DNA of 64,000 bases from Candidatus Omnitrophota bacterium (GTDB lineage: Bacteria > Omnitrophota > Gorgyraeia > Zapsychrales > Fredricksoniimonadaceae): contig JAGWOI010000001.1 of NCBI GenBank assembly GCA_028870995.1, forward strand, positions 100,782 through 164,781, given 5' to 3'. A program made the position numbers and the translations under genes. The notes beneath the pieces were generated by a model, which saw only the letters and a list, made by a program, of their open reading frames with translations, had not been told where the DNA came from and ran no database searches. Positions within the stretch are counted from its first letter, which is position 1; each line of letters starts with the position of its first letter. This document shows positions 56,196 through 64,000 of the stretch, piece by piece.

Positions 56196-57590
56196 ATGTT
56201 CAAAGGTGCCTTTATCCTTATAGCAGTTGTTCTCATGAGTACGGGTTTCAATGTTTGGGCGGATGCTCCGCAAGCCGGCAGCGCGGCGGTGGTGACCGTG
56301 CCGCAAACCAATAATTTGGCCTCGGATACCGGGCTGGTAAGTCTGGACTTCCAGGATGCGGACATAAGAAATGTGCTTAAAGTGCTGGCTTTTAAAAGCG
56401 GGGTCAACATCGTGGCCGCGCCCGATGTGACCGGCGTGGTGAACATCCAGTTGAAGAATGTGCCGTGGCAGAAAGCGTTGGATGTGATCCTTTCCACCTA
56501 TGGCTACGGGTTCGACCGCAAAGGCAATATCATCACGGTCATGACCGTGGAAAATTTGAAGAAGTACCGCGAGGATTCGGCAGCCCTTCAAGCACAGGAG
56601 CCCCTGGTCTCCAAGACCTTTTCGCTCAATTATGCCAAGGCCGAGGATGTGTTGAAGATCATCAACAAGCTTGTCAGCAGGAGAGGATTCATCAATTTCG
56701 ATACGCGCACCAATTCCATTATTGTCCGCGACTTGGAAAGCAACCTGGAGTTGATCGCCCAGGTCATCAAGTCCATTGACACCATCACCCCGCAGGTCTC
56801 CATCGAGACAAGGATCGTGGAGACGGATCTGAGCAATAACGACAATTTGGGGGTGGATTGGGTCAACGGCCTGACAGGCACCCTCACCGGCGGGGCCGTG
56901 CCGACCTACGCTCCTTTTACCCACGATATTGCGACCCAAAATTTCATTCCAGGCTCTTGGCCGTCCCCCTCAGGCTCGCTGGCGACCACCCCGACTGCGG
57001 GATCGTTCACCTACGGCACGATCAGCGCCAGCCAGCTTAACGTGACCTTGCAATGGTTGAGCTCACGCACCAATACCAAAATCCTTTCCAACCCGCGTAT
57101 CGTGACGCTGGACAATCAAAAGGCCACCATCAACATCGGCCTGGAATATCCGGTACCGAACTATTCCTTTAATTCGAGTACGGGGCAGGAACAAGTAACA
57201 GGTTTTACCCCATTACCTATCGGTGTTAATTTTGAGGTGACGCCGCATGTGAACAACGCAGGATTGATTACATTGGATTTGCATCCGCAGATCACGACGC
57301 TTCAGGCAACGATTACCGTGCAGAACAATCCATTCCCTGAAACGAGCAATGAAGAGGCTAAGACCAATGTGATGATCGAGGACGGCAAAACTTTAGTCAT
57401 CGGGGGCATGATCACAGACCAGGTGGTAACGACGACCACCAAGCTGCCTGTGCTGGGGGACATCCCGCTTTTGGGGTGGTTCTTCAAGAATACCAACCCG
57501 GTGAAGACCAGGAAGGAAGTCATCATCTTCCTGACGCCGCACATCATTACAGCCGGGAAGAACGCCTCTGCCGCGAATGCAACTCCGTAA
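56196..57590 (+). CDS. pilQ: Type IV pilus secretin PilQ
   Basis: SLDFQDADIR, VPW..ALD, D.RTNS, QV.IE.RIVE, LSNP, VTPHV, LPVLGDIPLLGWFFK. Confidence 0.92.
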   Translation: MFKGAFILIAVVLMSTGFNVWADAPQAGSAAVVTVPQTNNLASDTGLVSLDFQDADIRNVLKVLAFKSGVNIVAAPDVTGVVNIQLKNVPWQKALDVILSTYGYGFDRKGNIITVMTVENLKKYREDSAALQAQEPLVSKTFSLNYAKAEDVLKIINKLVSRRGFINFDTRTNSIIVRDLESNLELIAQVIKSIDTITPQVSIETRIVETDLSNNDNLGVDWVNGLTGTLTGGAVPTYAPFTHDIATQNFIPGSWPSPSGSLATTPTAGSFTYGTISASQLNVTLQWLSSRTNTKILSNPRIVTLDNQKATINIGLEYPVPNYSFNSSTGQEQVTGFTPLPIGVNFEVTPHVNNAGLITLDLHPQITTLQATITVQNNPFPETSNEEAKTNVMIEDGKTLVIGGMITDQVVTTTTKLPVLGDIPLLGWFFKNTNPVKTRKEVIIFLTPHIITAGKNASAANATP

Positions 57591-57652
57591 TCCCATCCTG
57601 CGCGTCAAATAAACATTGTTTAAAACGCGTTAGTTAAGAAGGAGAGAGAACT

Positions 57653-59092
57653 GTGTCTAAAGAAATTTTGATCCAAGTCGCCCAGGGCGAGAGGCGTGTG
57701 GCCGTCCTGGTCGACGGCAAGCTGGATGATTTTTATATCGAGCTTGACCGCCACCAGTCGATGCTGGGCAACATTTACAAGGGCAAGGTGGAGTCCATCC
57801 TGCCGTCCATCAACGGCGCCTTTGTCAACATCGGCCAGGAGAAGAACGGGTTTTTGTACCTTACCGACGCCGATAATCCCTTTTTGCAGGACATCGAGAA
57901 GATCGAGCATGAGCCCAGTCCGGGGCAGAAAATCCTTAATATGATCTTTCCCAAGCCCGCCGAACAGCAGGTCCAGGTCCAGGTGCCGGAGCAGGCGTCC
58001 CAGGACCAGCGGGAGGGCCAGCGTGAGGGCCAACGTGAGGGCCAGCGGGAAAATCAACGGGAGAACCAAAAGGGCAACGGCCGCCATCGCAGGGAACGGA
58101 ATGATAAAAATGAGCTGCCGCTCAAGAAGGACCAGGAGATCCTGGTGCAGGTGGTCAAGGATCCCTTCGGCACCAAGGGGGCCCGCTTGACGACCCACAT
58201 CAGCCTGGCCGGCCGTTTTGTGGTGTACATGCCGGTGGACAAGCACAGCGGGATCTCCAAAAAGATCGACAAGCCCGAGGAGCGCCAGCGCCTTAGGGAC
58301 CTATTGCGGTCGTTCAACTTCGTCAAGACCGGAGGGTTCATCATCCGCACGGCTTCCATGGCCCAGGGCGAAAGGGAAATTTTGCGCGATTCCAAATTCC
58401 TGGTCAATAAATGGAACGAGATACGGGAGCTGTCCAAAAAGAAGGAACCGCCCGCGCTGATCTACGAAGAAGGCTCCTTGATCTGGAGGGTGATCCGCGA
58501 CCTGCTGAAAGAAGACGTCCAGGACATCTTTATTGACTCCAGGGAAGAATTCGTCAAGATGCGCAAGTTCGCGCAGAACCTGATCGGCAACGAGATCATC
58601 GATAAGATCAAATACCATCCCGGGCCGCAGGGTCTTTTTGACGCCAAGAACGTCACCCGCGAACTGGACAAGATCTATGAGGCCAAGGTGTATTTGAAAT
58701 CCGGCGCCTATGTGGTCATCGAGCCCACCGAGGGTGTTACCGTGGTTGACGTCAATAGCGGCCGCTTTAAGACCAAGGGCACGCCGGAAGACGCGGCGTT
58801 TGCGGTCAACATGGAGGCGGCCCCCGAGATCGCCCGGCAGCTGCGCCTGAGGGATCTGGGCGGCATCATCGTCATTGACTTTATCGACATGAACCGCGAG
58901 GACCACAAGCGCAAGGTGCTCAATGCCCTGCGCGAGGGTTTGAGCAAGGACCATGCCAAGACCGAGGTCAACCGCATCTCACAGCTGGGCCTGGTGGAAA
59001 TGACCCGTGCCCGCACGGGCAAGACCATCGAGTCTTTGGAGTTTCACAGCTGCCCGTACTGCGAAGGCCGCGGCAAGGTGAAGATCAATTAA
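57653..59092 (+). CDS. rng: Ribonuclease G (Rne/Rng family)
   Basis: GNIYKGKV, AFVNIG, QVVKDP.GTKGARLT, DVNSG, RLRDLGGIIVIDFIDM, CPYCEGRG. Confidence 0.93.
   Translation: MSKEILIQVAQGERRVAVLVDGKLDDFYIELDRHQSMLGNIYKGKVESILPSINGAFVNIGQEKNGFLYLTDADNPFLQDIEKIEHEPSPGQKILNMIFPKPAEQQVQVQVPEQASQDQREGQREGQREGQRENQRENQKGNGRHRRERNDKNELPLKKDQEILVQVVKDPFGTKGARLTTHISLAGRFVVYMPVDKHSGISKKIDKPEERQRLRDLLRSFNFVKTGGFIIRTASMAQGEREILRDSKFLVNKWNEIRELSKKKEPPALIYEEGSLIWRVIRDLLKEDVQDIFIDSREEFVKMRKFAQNLIGNEIIDKIKYHPGPQGLFDAKNVTRELDKIYEAKVYLKSGAYVVIEPTEGVTVVDVNSGRFKTKGTPEDAAFAVNMEAAPEIARQLRLRDLGGIIVIDFIDMNREDHKRKVLNALREGLSKDHAKTEVNRISQLGLVEMTRARTGKTIESLEFHSCPYCEGRGKVKIN
58007..58066 (+). repeat. Five 12-bp tandem units encoding QREG/QREN within rng
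   Basis: cagcgggagggc cagcgtgagggc caacgtgagggc cagcgggaaaat caacgggagaac. Confidence 0.85.
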
Positions 59093-59178
59093 AAAAGGGA
59101 CTGTCCCTTTTTTTATTTTGACTAAACCATGATTCCTTGTATAATAACGGGCTCTAAAAAAGGGACTGTCCCTTTTTT
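59091..59178. repeat. Two identical palindromes AAAAAAGGGACTGTCCCTTTTTT
   Basis: Copies at 59091-59113 and 59156-59178. Confidence 0.92.
59118..59145 (+). promoter_or_regulatory. Sigma70-type promoter of rplU
   Basis: TTGACT, 16-nt spacer, TATAAT. Confidence 0.7.
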
Positions 59179-59195
59179 ATATTTAGGAGGATGTT

Positions 59196-59507
59196 ATGTT
59201 TGCAGTCGTTCAAGTGGGCAACAGCCAATTCAAGGTCAGCGAAGGCGATATCATCCAGGCCAACCGCCTGGATTTCGAAAAAGGTAAGAGCATCGTTTTG
59301 GACAAGGTCCTGCTTTATTCCGACGGCCAGAACGTCAAATTGGGCCAGCCGTACCTGAAGGACGTCGAGGTCAAGGCCGAGGTGCTGGAACAGACCCGCG
59401 CGCCGAAGGTCGTGGCGTTCAAGTACCGCAAGCGCAAGGATTCCGCGCGCACCCACGGCCACCGCCAGGATCTGACCACGGTTAAGATTGCTAAGATCAC
59501 TGTTTAA
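59196..59507 (+). CDS. rplU: 50S ribosomal protein L21
   Basis: MFAVV..G..QFKV.EGD, G.PY, KVVAFKYRKRK, GHRQ. Confidence 0.97.
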   Translation: MFAVVQVGNSQFKVSEGDIIQANRLDFEKGKSIVLDKVLLYSDGQNVKLGQPYLKDVEVKAEVLEQTRAPKVVAFKYRKRKDSARTHGHRQDLTTVKIAKITV

Positions 59508-59515
59508 TGATGGAT

Positions 59516-59560
59516 ATTAAAATCCCGGTGTCCCGCTTAAGGGGTGCCGGGATTTTTAAT
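59516..59560 (+). terminator. Hairpin/terminator between rplU and obgE
   Basis: AAAATCCCGG...CCGGGATTTTT inverted repeat. Confidence 0.6.
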
Positions 59561-59574
59561 TTATAGGGACATTT

Positions 59575-60540
59575 ATGGCATTTGTCGATCAGGCACGCAT
59601 CCAGGTGGCGGCCGGCAACGGCGGCAAGGGCTGCGAAAGCCACTACCAAGATAAATACACGCGTTATCCCATCCCCGACGGCGGCGACGGCGGCAGGGGC
59701 GGGAACATTGTTTTTGTGGCGGACCGCAACCTGCAGACCCTTCTGGACTACCGTTTTAAACAGCATTACGTCGCCCCCAGGGGTGGCCATGCCAGCAGCA
59801 ATAATAAAACGGGCAAGCGGGGCGAAGACTGCATTTTGCGCGTACCGGTGGGCACCATCCTGTGGGACTACGACACGGAATTGCTCATCCGCGACCTTAA
59901 AGTGGACGGGGACACCGTCATCGTGGCCAAGGGCGGCGAAGGCGGCCATGGCAACAACCGCAACCGCACGGTGACGCCGCCCGGTGAGGGCGAGGTGCGC
60001 ACCATCCGGCTGGAATTAAAGATCATTGCGGATGTTGGCTTGGTTGGCTTTCCCAATGTGGGCAAATCAACGCTTATTTCGGCCGTCTCCAAGGTGCGCT
60101 CCGAGATCGCCAATTATCCTTTTACGACCAAGGCCCCCATACTGGGCATCGTTAAGGATGAAGATGACCCGGATAAGGATTTTGTCATGGCCGACCTGCC
60201 GGGCTTGATCGAAGGCGCGCATGAAGGCAAGGGCTTAGGCTATCAATTCCTTAAACATGCCGAGCGCACCAAGATTTTAGTGCATGTGATTGATATGTCC
60301 GGCTCTGAAGGCCGCGATCCCATCGGTGATTATTATAAAATTTGCGAAGAGCTGGATCTTTACAGCGAAGAACTGCTGCAGAAGCACCGCATTGTGGTGG
60401 CCAATAAGATGGATTTGCCCGAGTCCAAGGCCAACCTGACGCGTTTCAAGCGCAAGGTGACCAAGGACGTCATCCCCATTTCCGCCAAGGAAAAAGAAGG
60501 GCTGGATAAGTTATTGGCTACCATACGGTTATTGCTGTAA
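59575..60540 (+). CDS. obgE: GTPase ObgE/CgtA
   Basis: FVD, GNGG.G, GGDGGRGG, GFPNVGKST, YPFTT, DLPGLIEGA, NKMD. Confidence 0.97.
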   Translation: MAFVDQARIQVAAGNGGKGCESHYQDKYTRYPIPDGGDGGRGGNIVFVADRNLQTLLDYRFKQHYVAPRGGHASSNNKTGKRGEDCILRVPVGTILWDYDTELLIRDLKVDGDTVIVAKGGEGGHGNNRNRTVTPPGEGEVRTIRLELKIIADVGLVGFPNVGKSTLISAVSKVRSEIANYPFTTKAPILGIVKDEDDPDKDFVMADLPGLIEGAHEGKGLGYQFLKHAERTKILVHVIDMSGSEGRDPIGDYYKICEELDLYSEELLQKHRIVVANKMDLPESKANLTRFKRKVTKDVIPISAKEKEGLDKLLATIRLLL

Positions 60541-60681
60541 GCTTGGGCTGCAAAGACCAGAATAGTGTGCTATACTTGAAACGTTAATCCCGAATAAAAG
60601 TGAATTAAGTCCCCATTCTTAATTACTTTTGTTTTCCCTTTAGTTTAAGGGGAAAACTAGATTATTTAAAGGAGTGGGGCC

Positions 60682-60867
60682 ATGAGCCTTATCAGAGAAA
60701 TCGAAGAGGCAATTGCCAAATTGCCCATCAGAGAAGCCTATATGCTCCGGCACTGGTTGAATGAATACGAAACCGCCCGCGAGTATAAGAAATTAAAAGC
60801 GCAAGCCGTTTTAAATCATCATTTAAGCGAATTCAAGCATGACCACGGCAATGCGTTTTTAAATTAG
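60682..60867 (+). CDS. Small hypothetical protein (addiction-module component-like)
   Basis: AAGGAG RBS; MS.I.EIEEAIAKLP...LR.WL pattern; followed by a terminator. Confidence 0.55.
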   Translation: MSLIREIEEAIAKLPIREAYMLRHWLNEYETAREYKKLKAQAVLNHHLSEFKHDHGNAFLN

Positions 60868-60897
60868 GTTTTTGAAGCGTTCAAAGCTGCACCCTTT

Positions 60898-60933
60898 GAA
60901 TCCGTCCTTTTTACGGGGGCGGATTCTTTTTTT
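60898..60933 (+). terminator. Intrinsic terminator
   Basis: GAATCCGTCC/GGGCGGATTC hairpin followed by T7. Confidence 0.75.
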
Positions 60934-61000
60934 CAAGCAAAAAAATAGGGGTTATTGTATAATTAGCACTTATTTAGCTTCTTTAAGCTAAGGAGGCCTT

Positions 61001-61408
61001 ATGTGTCCGATCACTCATGAAAGTCAGTTGGCGTTATTGATTGCCGTTATTGCGAGTTTTATTTTTGGTGCGATTTGGTATGGCCCGCTTTTTGGCCGGA
61101 CGTGGGCGGTTTTAAACGGGATGAAGGTCCCCGAAGAAGGCTGCAAGGGCAAGCCGCCGGTCAGATCCCTGTTGATTACATTTTTGGGCACATGCCTGAC
61201 CGTTTTTGGGCTGGCGTATATCATGGGCAATTACAAGCCGTTGTGTAGTTATGGCCCCGCGTTGATTGTTTGGCTTGGTTTTGTGGTGCCGTTGCTGTTG
61301 AGCAGCATCGCTTGGGAATGCAAGCCCTGGAAGCTCTTTGCTATTAATGCGGTGTTTTATTTGTTGAATTTTTATCTTATCACGGTGATTTTGACGTACG
61401 TGCGGTAA
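61001..61408 (+). CDS. DUF1761 family membrane protein
   Basis: GAIWYGPLFGRTW, WLGF, KPWKLF.IN. Confidence 0.82.
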   Translation: MCPITHESQLALLIAVIASFIFGAIWYGPLFGRTWAVLNGMKVPEEGCKGKPPVRSLLITFLGTCLTVFGLAYIMGNYKPLCSYGPALIVWLGFVVPLLLSSIAWECKPWKLFAINAVFYLLNFYLITVILTYVR

Positions 61409-61419
61409 AAAGAGATCTT

Positions 61420-61959
61420 ATGATGGATGACCGTTCAGTTTTTCATATTATTTCTGATTTAATAAATGAGCAGGGGATTTCGTGTATTTTGATTGGCGGA
61501 TTTGCAATTAATTATTATAAAGTAACACGTCAAACAGCAGATGTTGATTTTTTAATTACTAAAGAAGGTTTTAATAAAATATTCAAATATTTGGAGGAGG
61601 CTGGTTATAAAAAGAATTCATTGCAGGAGAATTTTGTCCAGCTTCAGAATAGCCATGCGCTGATGGATGTTGATTTTATGTTTGTTGATCAGAAGACTAT
61701 TGAAAAAATACTTAGTGAAGGTAAAAAAATAAAAATCGTTGGTCAAGCATTCACAGTGCCTTCCTTATATCATTTAATTGCTTTAAAGCTGCATTCTATA
61801 AAATTCAATCCCAAAGTTAGATTGACTAAAGATTTTCCGGACATCGTGAATTTGATAAGGATTAATGATGTTGATTTTAAAGAAAGGAAATTTAAAGAAC
61901 TTTGTTTTACATATGGGACAGAAGAGATATACAACAGAATATTGGAGGCCTTTAAATGA
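61420..61959 (+). CDS. Nucleotidyltransferase (DUF6036/AbiEii-like)
   Basis: IGGFA...RQTADVDF, VDF, HLIALK, KD..D; AT-rich. Confidence 0.78.
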   Translation: MMDDRSVFHIISDLINEQGISCILIGGFAINYYKVTRQTADVDFLITKEGFNKIFKYLEEAGYKKNSLQENFVQLQNSHALMDVDFMFVDQKTIEKILSEGKKIKIVGQAFTVPSLYHLIALKLHSIKFNPKVRLTKDFPDIVNLIRINDVDFKERKFKELCFTYGTEEIYNRILEAFK

Positions 61960-62135
61960 GAGAAAAGGTGCTTAAGTTTCCTGTTATTAAAGAAAAGTTT
62001 ATTAAACCAAAAATTCTCTCTATGGACGAGTATTTTAAGTTTGTCCAGTTCAATTTAAAACAGGCCTCCGACAGAAAAGCTTATGCTAAGTGGAAGAAAA
62101 TGTTAATTGTTAATGTTCCATTTTTTCTAATATAG
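61956..62135 (+). CDS. 59-aa hypothetical partner of the nucleotidyltransferase (not in the ORF track)
   Basis: ATGA overlap with the upstream stop; MREKVLKFPVIKEKFIKPKILSMDEYFKFVQFNLKQASDRKAYAKWKKMLIVNVPFFLI. Confidence 0.6.
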   Translation: MREKVLKFPVIKEKFIKPKILSMDEYFKFVQFNLKQASDRKAYAKWKKMLIVNVPFFLI

Positions 62136-62166
62136 GACGATGTGTTTTGGGTTGTGAGGTATAAGG

Positions 62167-62333
62167 TTGGCGAGGCTTTGAAAGTCATTTTTGAATACCA
62201 CTCTGGCCCCGCCAGCCTTCGTCGCCGATTCGGCCGTACAGCGCCGAAGGCGCGTCGTACGGCCGGACATCAGAAAAGGCTGGCGGAACAAGGCCAGCGT
62301 GGTTGAAAAAATGACTTTCAAAGACGAAGCCAA
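62167..62333. repeat. Long imperfect inverted repeat (~165 nt hairpin)
   Basis: Perfect 17-bp CTTTGAAAGTCATTTTT/AAAAATGACTTTCAAAG, CCGCCAGCCTT/AAGGCTGGCGG, CGGCCGTAC/GTACGGCCG, GCGCC-GAA-GGCGC tip. Confidence 0.9.
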
Positions 62334-62350
62334 GGGAACGACATAAAAAT

Positions 62351-63199
62351 ATGACACGCACATTTCAGAGACCGATTAAACGAGTGGTGGTGAAGCTGGG
62401 CTCAAGCCAGATCGCCGACGCACAAATGCGTCCGAAGACCCGCGAATTGATGTCGCTGGCCTTGCAGATCGGTGATCTGCGCAGCAAGGGGCTGGAAGTG
62501 GTCCTGGTGTCCTCAGGTGCCATCGCGCTGGGCATGGGCGAGCTAGGCGAGTCCAAGCGCAGCAGCGACCTGCCGTTCTTGCAGGCCCGTGCCGCCATCG
62601 GCCAGGCCGCGCTCATGCGTCTTTACAGCGATTTACTCGACAAGGTGGGTCTTAAATGCGGCCAGGTGCTCTTGACCTGGGACGATTTTGATGACCGCAG
62701 CCGCTTTTTAAACGCAAGGCATACCCTGGAAGCCATTTTGAAGCAAGGTGTCGTGCCCATCATTAATGAAAACGACACCACGTCCACGGAAGAAATCAAG
62801 TTCGGGGACAACGACAAGCTCTCGGCGCTGGTGGCAAGCCTTTTGCATGCCGATTTGCTGGTCATTCTCTCCGATGTGGAAGGCGTTTACGACGGCAACA
62901 AGAAGGTTTACCAGGAGATCAAGGAGATCACGGCTGAGATCGACGCGGCGGCGGGCGGCACCAAGAATGTTAATATGTCGCGCGGGGGCATGAAGGCCAA
63001 GATCGAGGCGGTCAAGATCGCGACCCAGGCGCGCATTCCCTGTATTATCACCGCCGGGAATATCAAGGACGTGCTGGTGGATCTGGTGGCCGGCAAGAAG
63101 ATCGGCACTTATTTTATTGAAAAGAACGCACAAATTTTAGACGGGGATTCGGAACATGAATTTATCCGCTCGCATTTTAGAAACAGCAAAAAGGGCTAA
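62351..63199 (+). CDS. proB: Glutamate 5-kinase (no PUA domain)
   Basis: VVKLGSS, VSSGAI, AAIGQ, PIINENDT, FGDND, GGM..K. Confidence 0.95.
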   Translation: MTRTFQRPIKRVVVKLGSSQIADAQMRPKTRELMSLALQIGDLRSKGLEVVLVSSGAIALGMGELGESKRSSDLPFLQARAAIGQAALMRLYSDLLDKVGLKCGQVLLTWDDFDDRSRFLNARHTLEAILKQGVVPIINENDTTSTEEIKFGDNDKLSALVASLLHADLLVILSDVEGVYDGNKKVYQEIKEITAEIDAAAGGTKNVNMSRGGMKAKIEAVKIATQARIPCIITAGNIKDVLVDLVAGKKIGTYFIEKNAQILDGDSEHEFIRSHFRNSKKG

Positions 63200-64000
63200 A
63201 AAAGCCTCTTATCAGATGGCCCTGGTCTCTACGAAAGAAAAGAACCAGGCGCTGTTGAGGATGGCGGATGCCTTGACGGCCCAACAGGCATATTTGATGA
63301 AGGAAAACGCCAAGGATCTGGCCGCGGCTGCCAAGGCCGGCTACTCCAAGGCGCTGGTCGACCGCCTGACGCTTAATCCCAAGCGCATCGCCGCCATGGC
63401 CGATGGCCTGCGGGAAACCGCCAAACTTAAAGACCCCGTCGGTCAATTGCTTGAAACCATCAAACGGCCCAACGGCTTGCTGATCAAAAAAATCCGCGTG
63501 CCGTTAGGCGTTGTGGGCATTATTTATGAATCCCGTCCCAATGTCACGGCGGATTGTGCCGCCCTTTGCCTGAAATCCGGCAACGCGGCCATTCTCAAAG
63601 GCGGTAAGGAAGCTATTTTCTCAAATATGGCTATCTTTAAGGTGCTCAAAAGCGTTTTAAAGAAGAGCAGGATTCCTTTGGATGCCTTGCAATTGGTGGA
63701 ATCAACCGACCGCGCCGCGGTGCATGAACTGTTGAAAATCGACGAGTATCTGGACGTGATCGTGCCGCGCGGGGGAGAAAGCTTGATCCGCTTTGTGGCG
63801 GAGAATTCCAACATCCCGGTCATCAAGCATTTTAAGGGTGTCTGCCATGTGTATGTCAGCAGCAAGGCGGATTTAAAGATGGCGCATAAGATCGCCATGA
63901 ACGCCAAGACCCAAAAGCCCGGCGTGTGCAATGCCATGGAGACCCTGCTGGTGGATAAGGCCGTGGCCCGTCAATTTTTACCGGCGGTGATCAAGGACTT
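63156..64000 (+). CDS. proA: Gamma-glutamyl phosphate reductase, runs off the window
   Basis: ATG 63156 MNLSARILETAKRAKKAS..., LVDRLTL, VPLGVVGIIYESRPNVT, KSGNA.ILKGGKEA, VPRGG, GVCH, CNAMETLL. Confidence 0.95.
   Translation, partial: MNLSARILETAKRAKKASYQMALVSTKEKNQALLRMADALTAQQAYLMKENAKDLAAAAKAGYSKALVDRLTLNPKRIAAMADGLRETAKLKDPVGQLLETIKRPNGLLIKKIRVPLGVVGIIYESRPNVTADCAALCLKSGNAAILKGGKEAIFSNMAIFKVLKSVLKKSRIPLDALQLVESTDRAAVHELLKIDEYLDVIVPRGGESLIRFVAENSNIPVIKHFKGVCHVYVSSKADLKMAHKIAMNAKTQKPGVCNAMETLLVDKAVARQFLPAVIKD

Noticed and set aside
59091-59178. Possible mini-CRISPR (two repeats with a 42-nt spacer)
   Set aside because: There are only two short homopolymer-flanked palindromes, the spacer is a promoter, and no cas genes are present.
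62127-62363. 78-aa minus-strand ORF
   Set aside because: It coincides with the long palindrome and has no coding features.

Overview
A gene-dense bacterial chromosomal window with a mostly GC-rich core and several lower-GC patches. The gene styles (multiple PilB/MshEN genes, Hyf-like membrane subunits, GGGACTGTCCC palindromes) suggest a PVC-superphylum organism such as Omnitrophota; this is inference only. From left to right it holds: the end of a hydrogenase-4/Ehr membrane arm (hyfC/E/F); a polyphosphate and glycogen block (ppx, ppk1, ROK kinase, GH57, malQ); a periplasmic redox/HTTM block interrupted by a long palindrome and a low-GC nuclease; rodA; the first half of a type IV pilus locus (two stand-alone MshEN proteins, two PilB, PilC); a cobalamin-riboswitch-controlled B12 uptake operon; a ~23.6 kb modification island (29851-53444); the second half of the pilus locus (pilMNOPQ); rng, rplU and obgE with no rpmA; a nucleotidyltransferase pair; and proB/proA. 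The island encodes HxsD, HxsB, an 88-aa precursor, ten radical SAM enzymes in total (three B12-binding), four glycosyltransferases, an orphan TPP-dependent E1 alpha/beta pair, an A24 prepilin peptidase and a Cys-rich class III pilin. The best candidate for a new system is this island. Its His-Xaa-Ser/Asn precursor carries a prepilin-type cleavage site (DEDG|FVSKE plus a hydrophobic helix), its own prepilin peptidase is in the cluster, and the cluster sits between the two halves of the type IV pilus machinery. This suggests a radical-SAM-modified, glycosylated pilin-like RiPP. No tRNA, rRNA, CRISPR array or transposase was seen.
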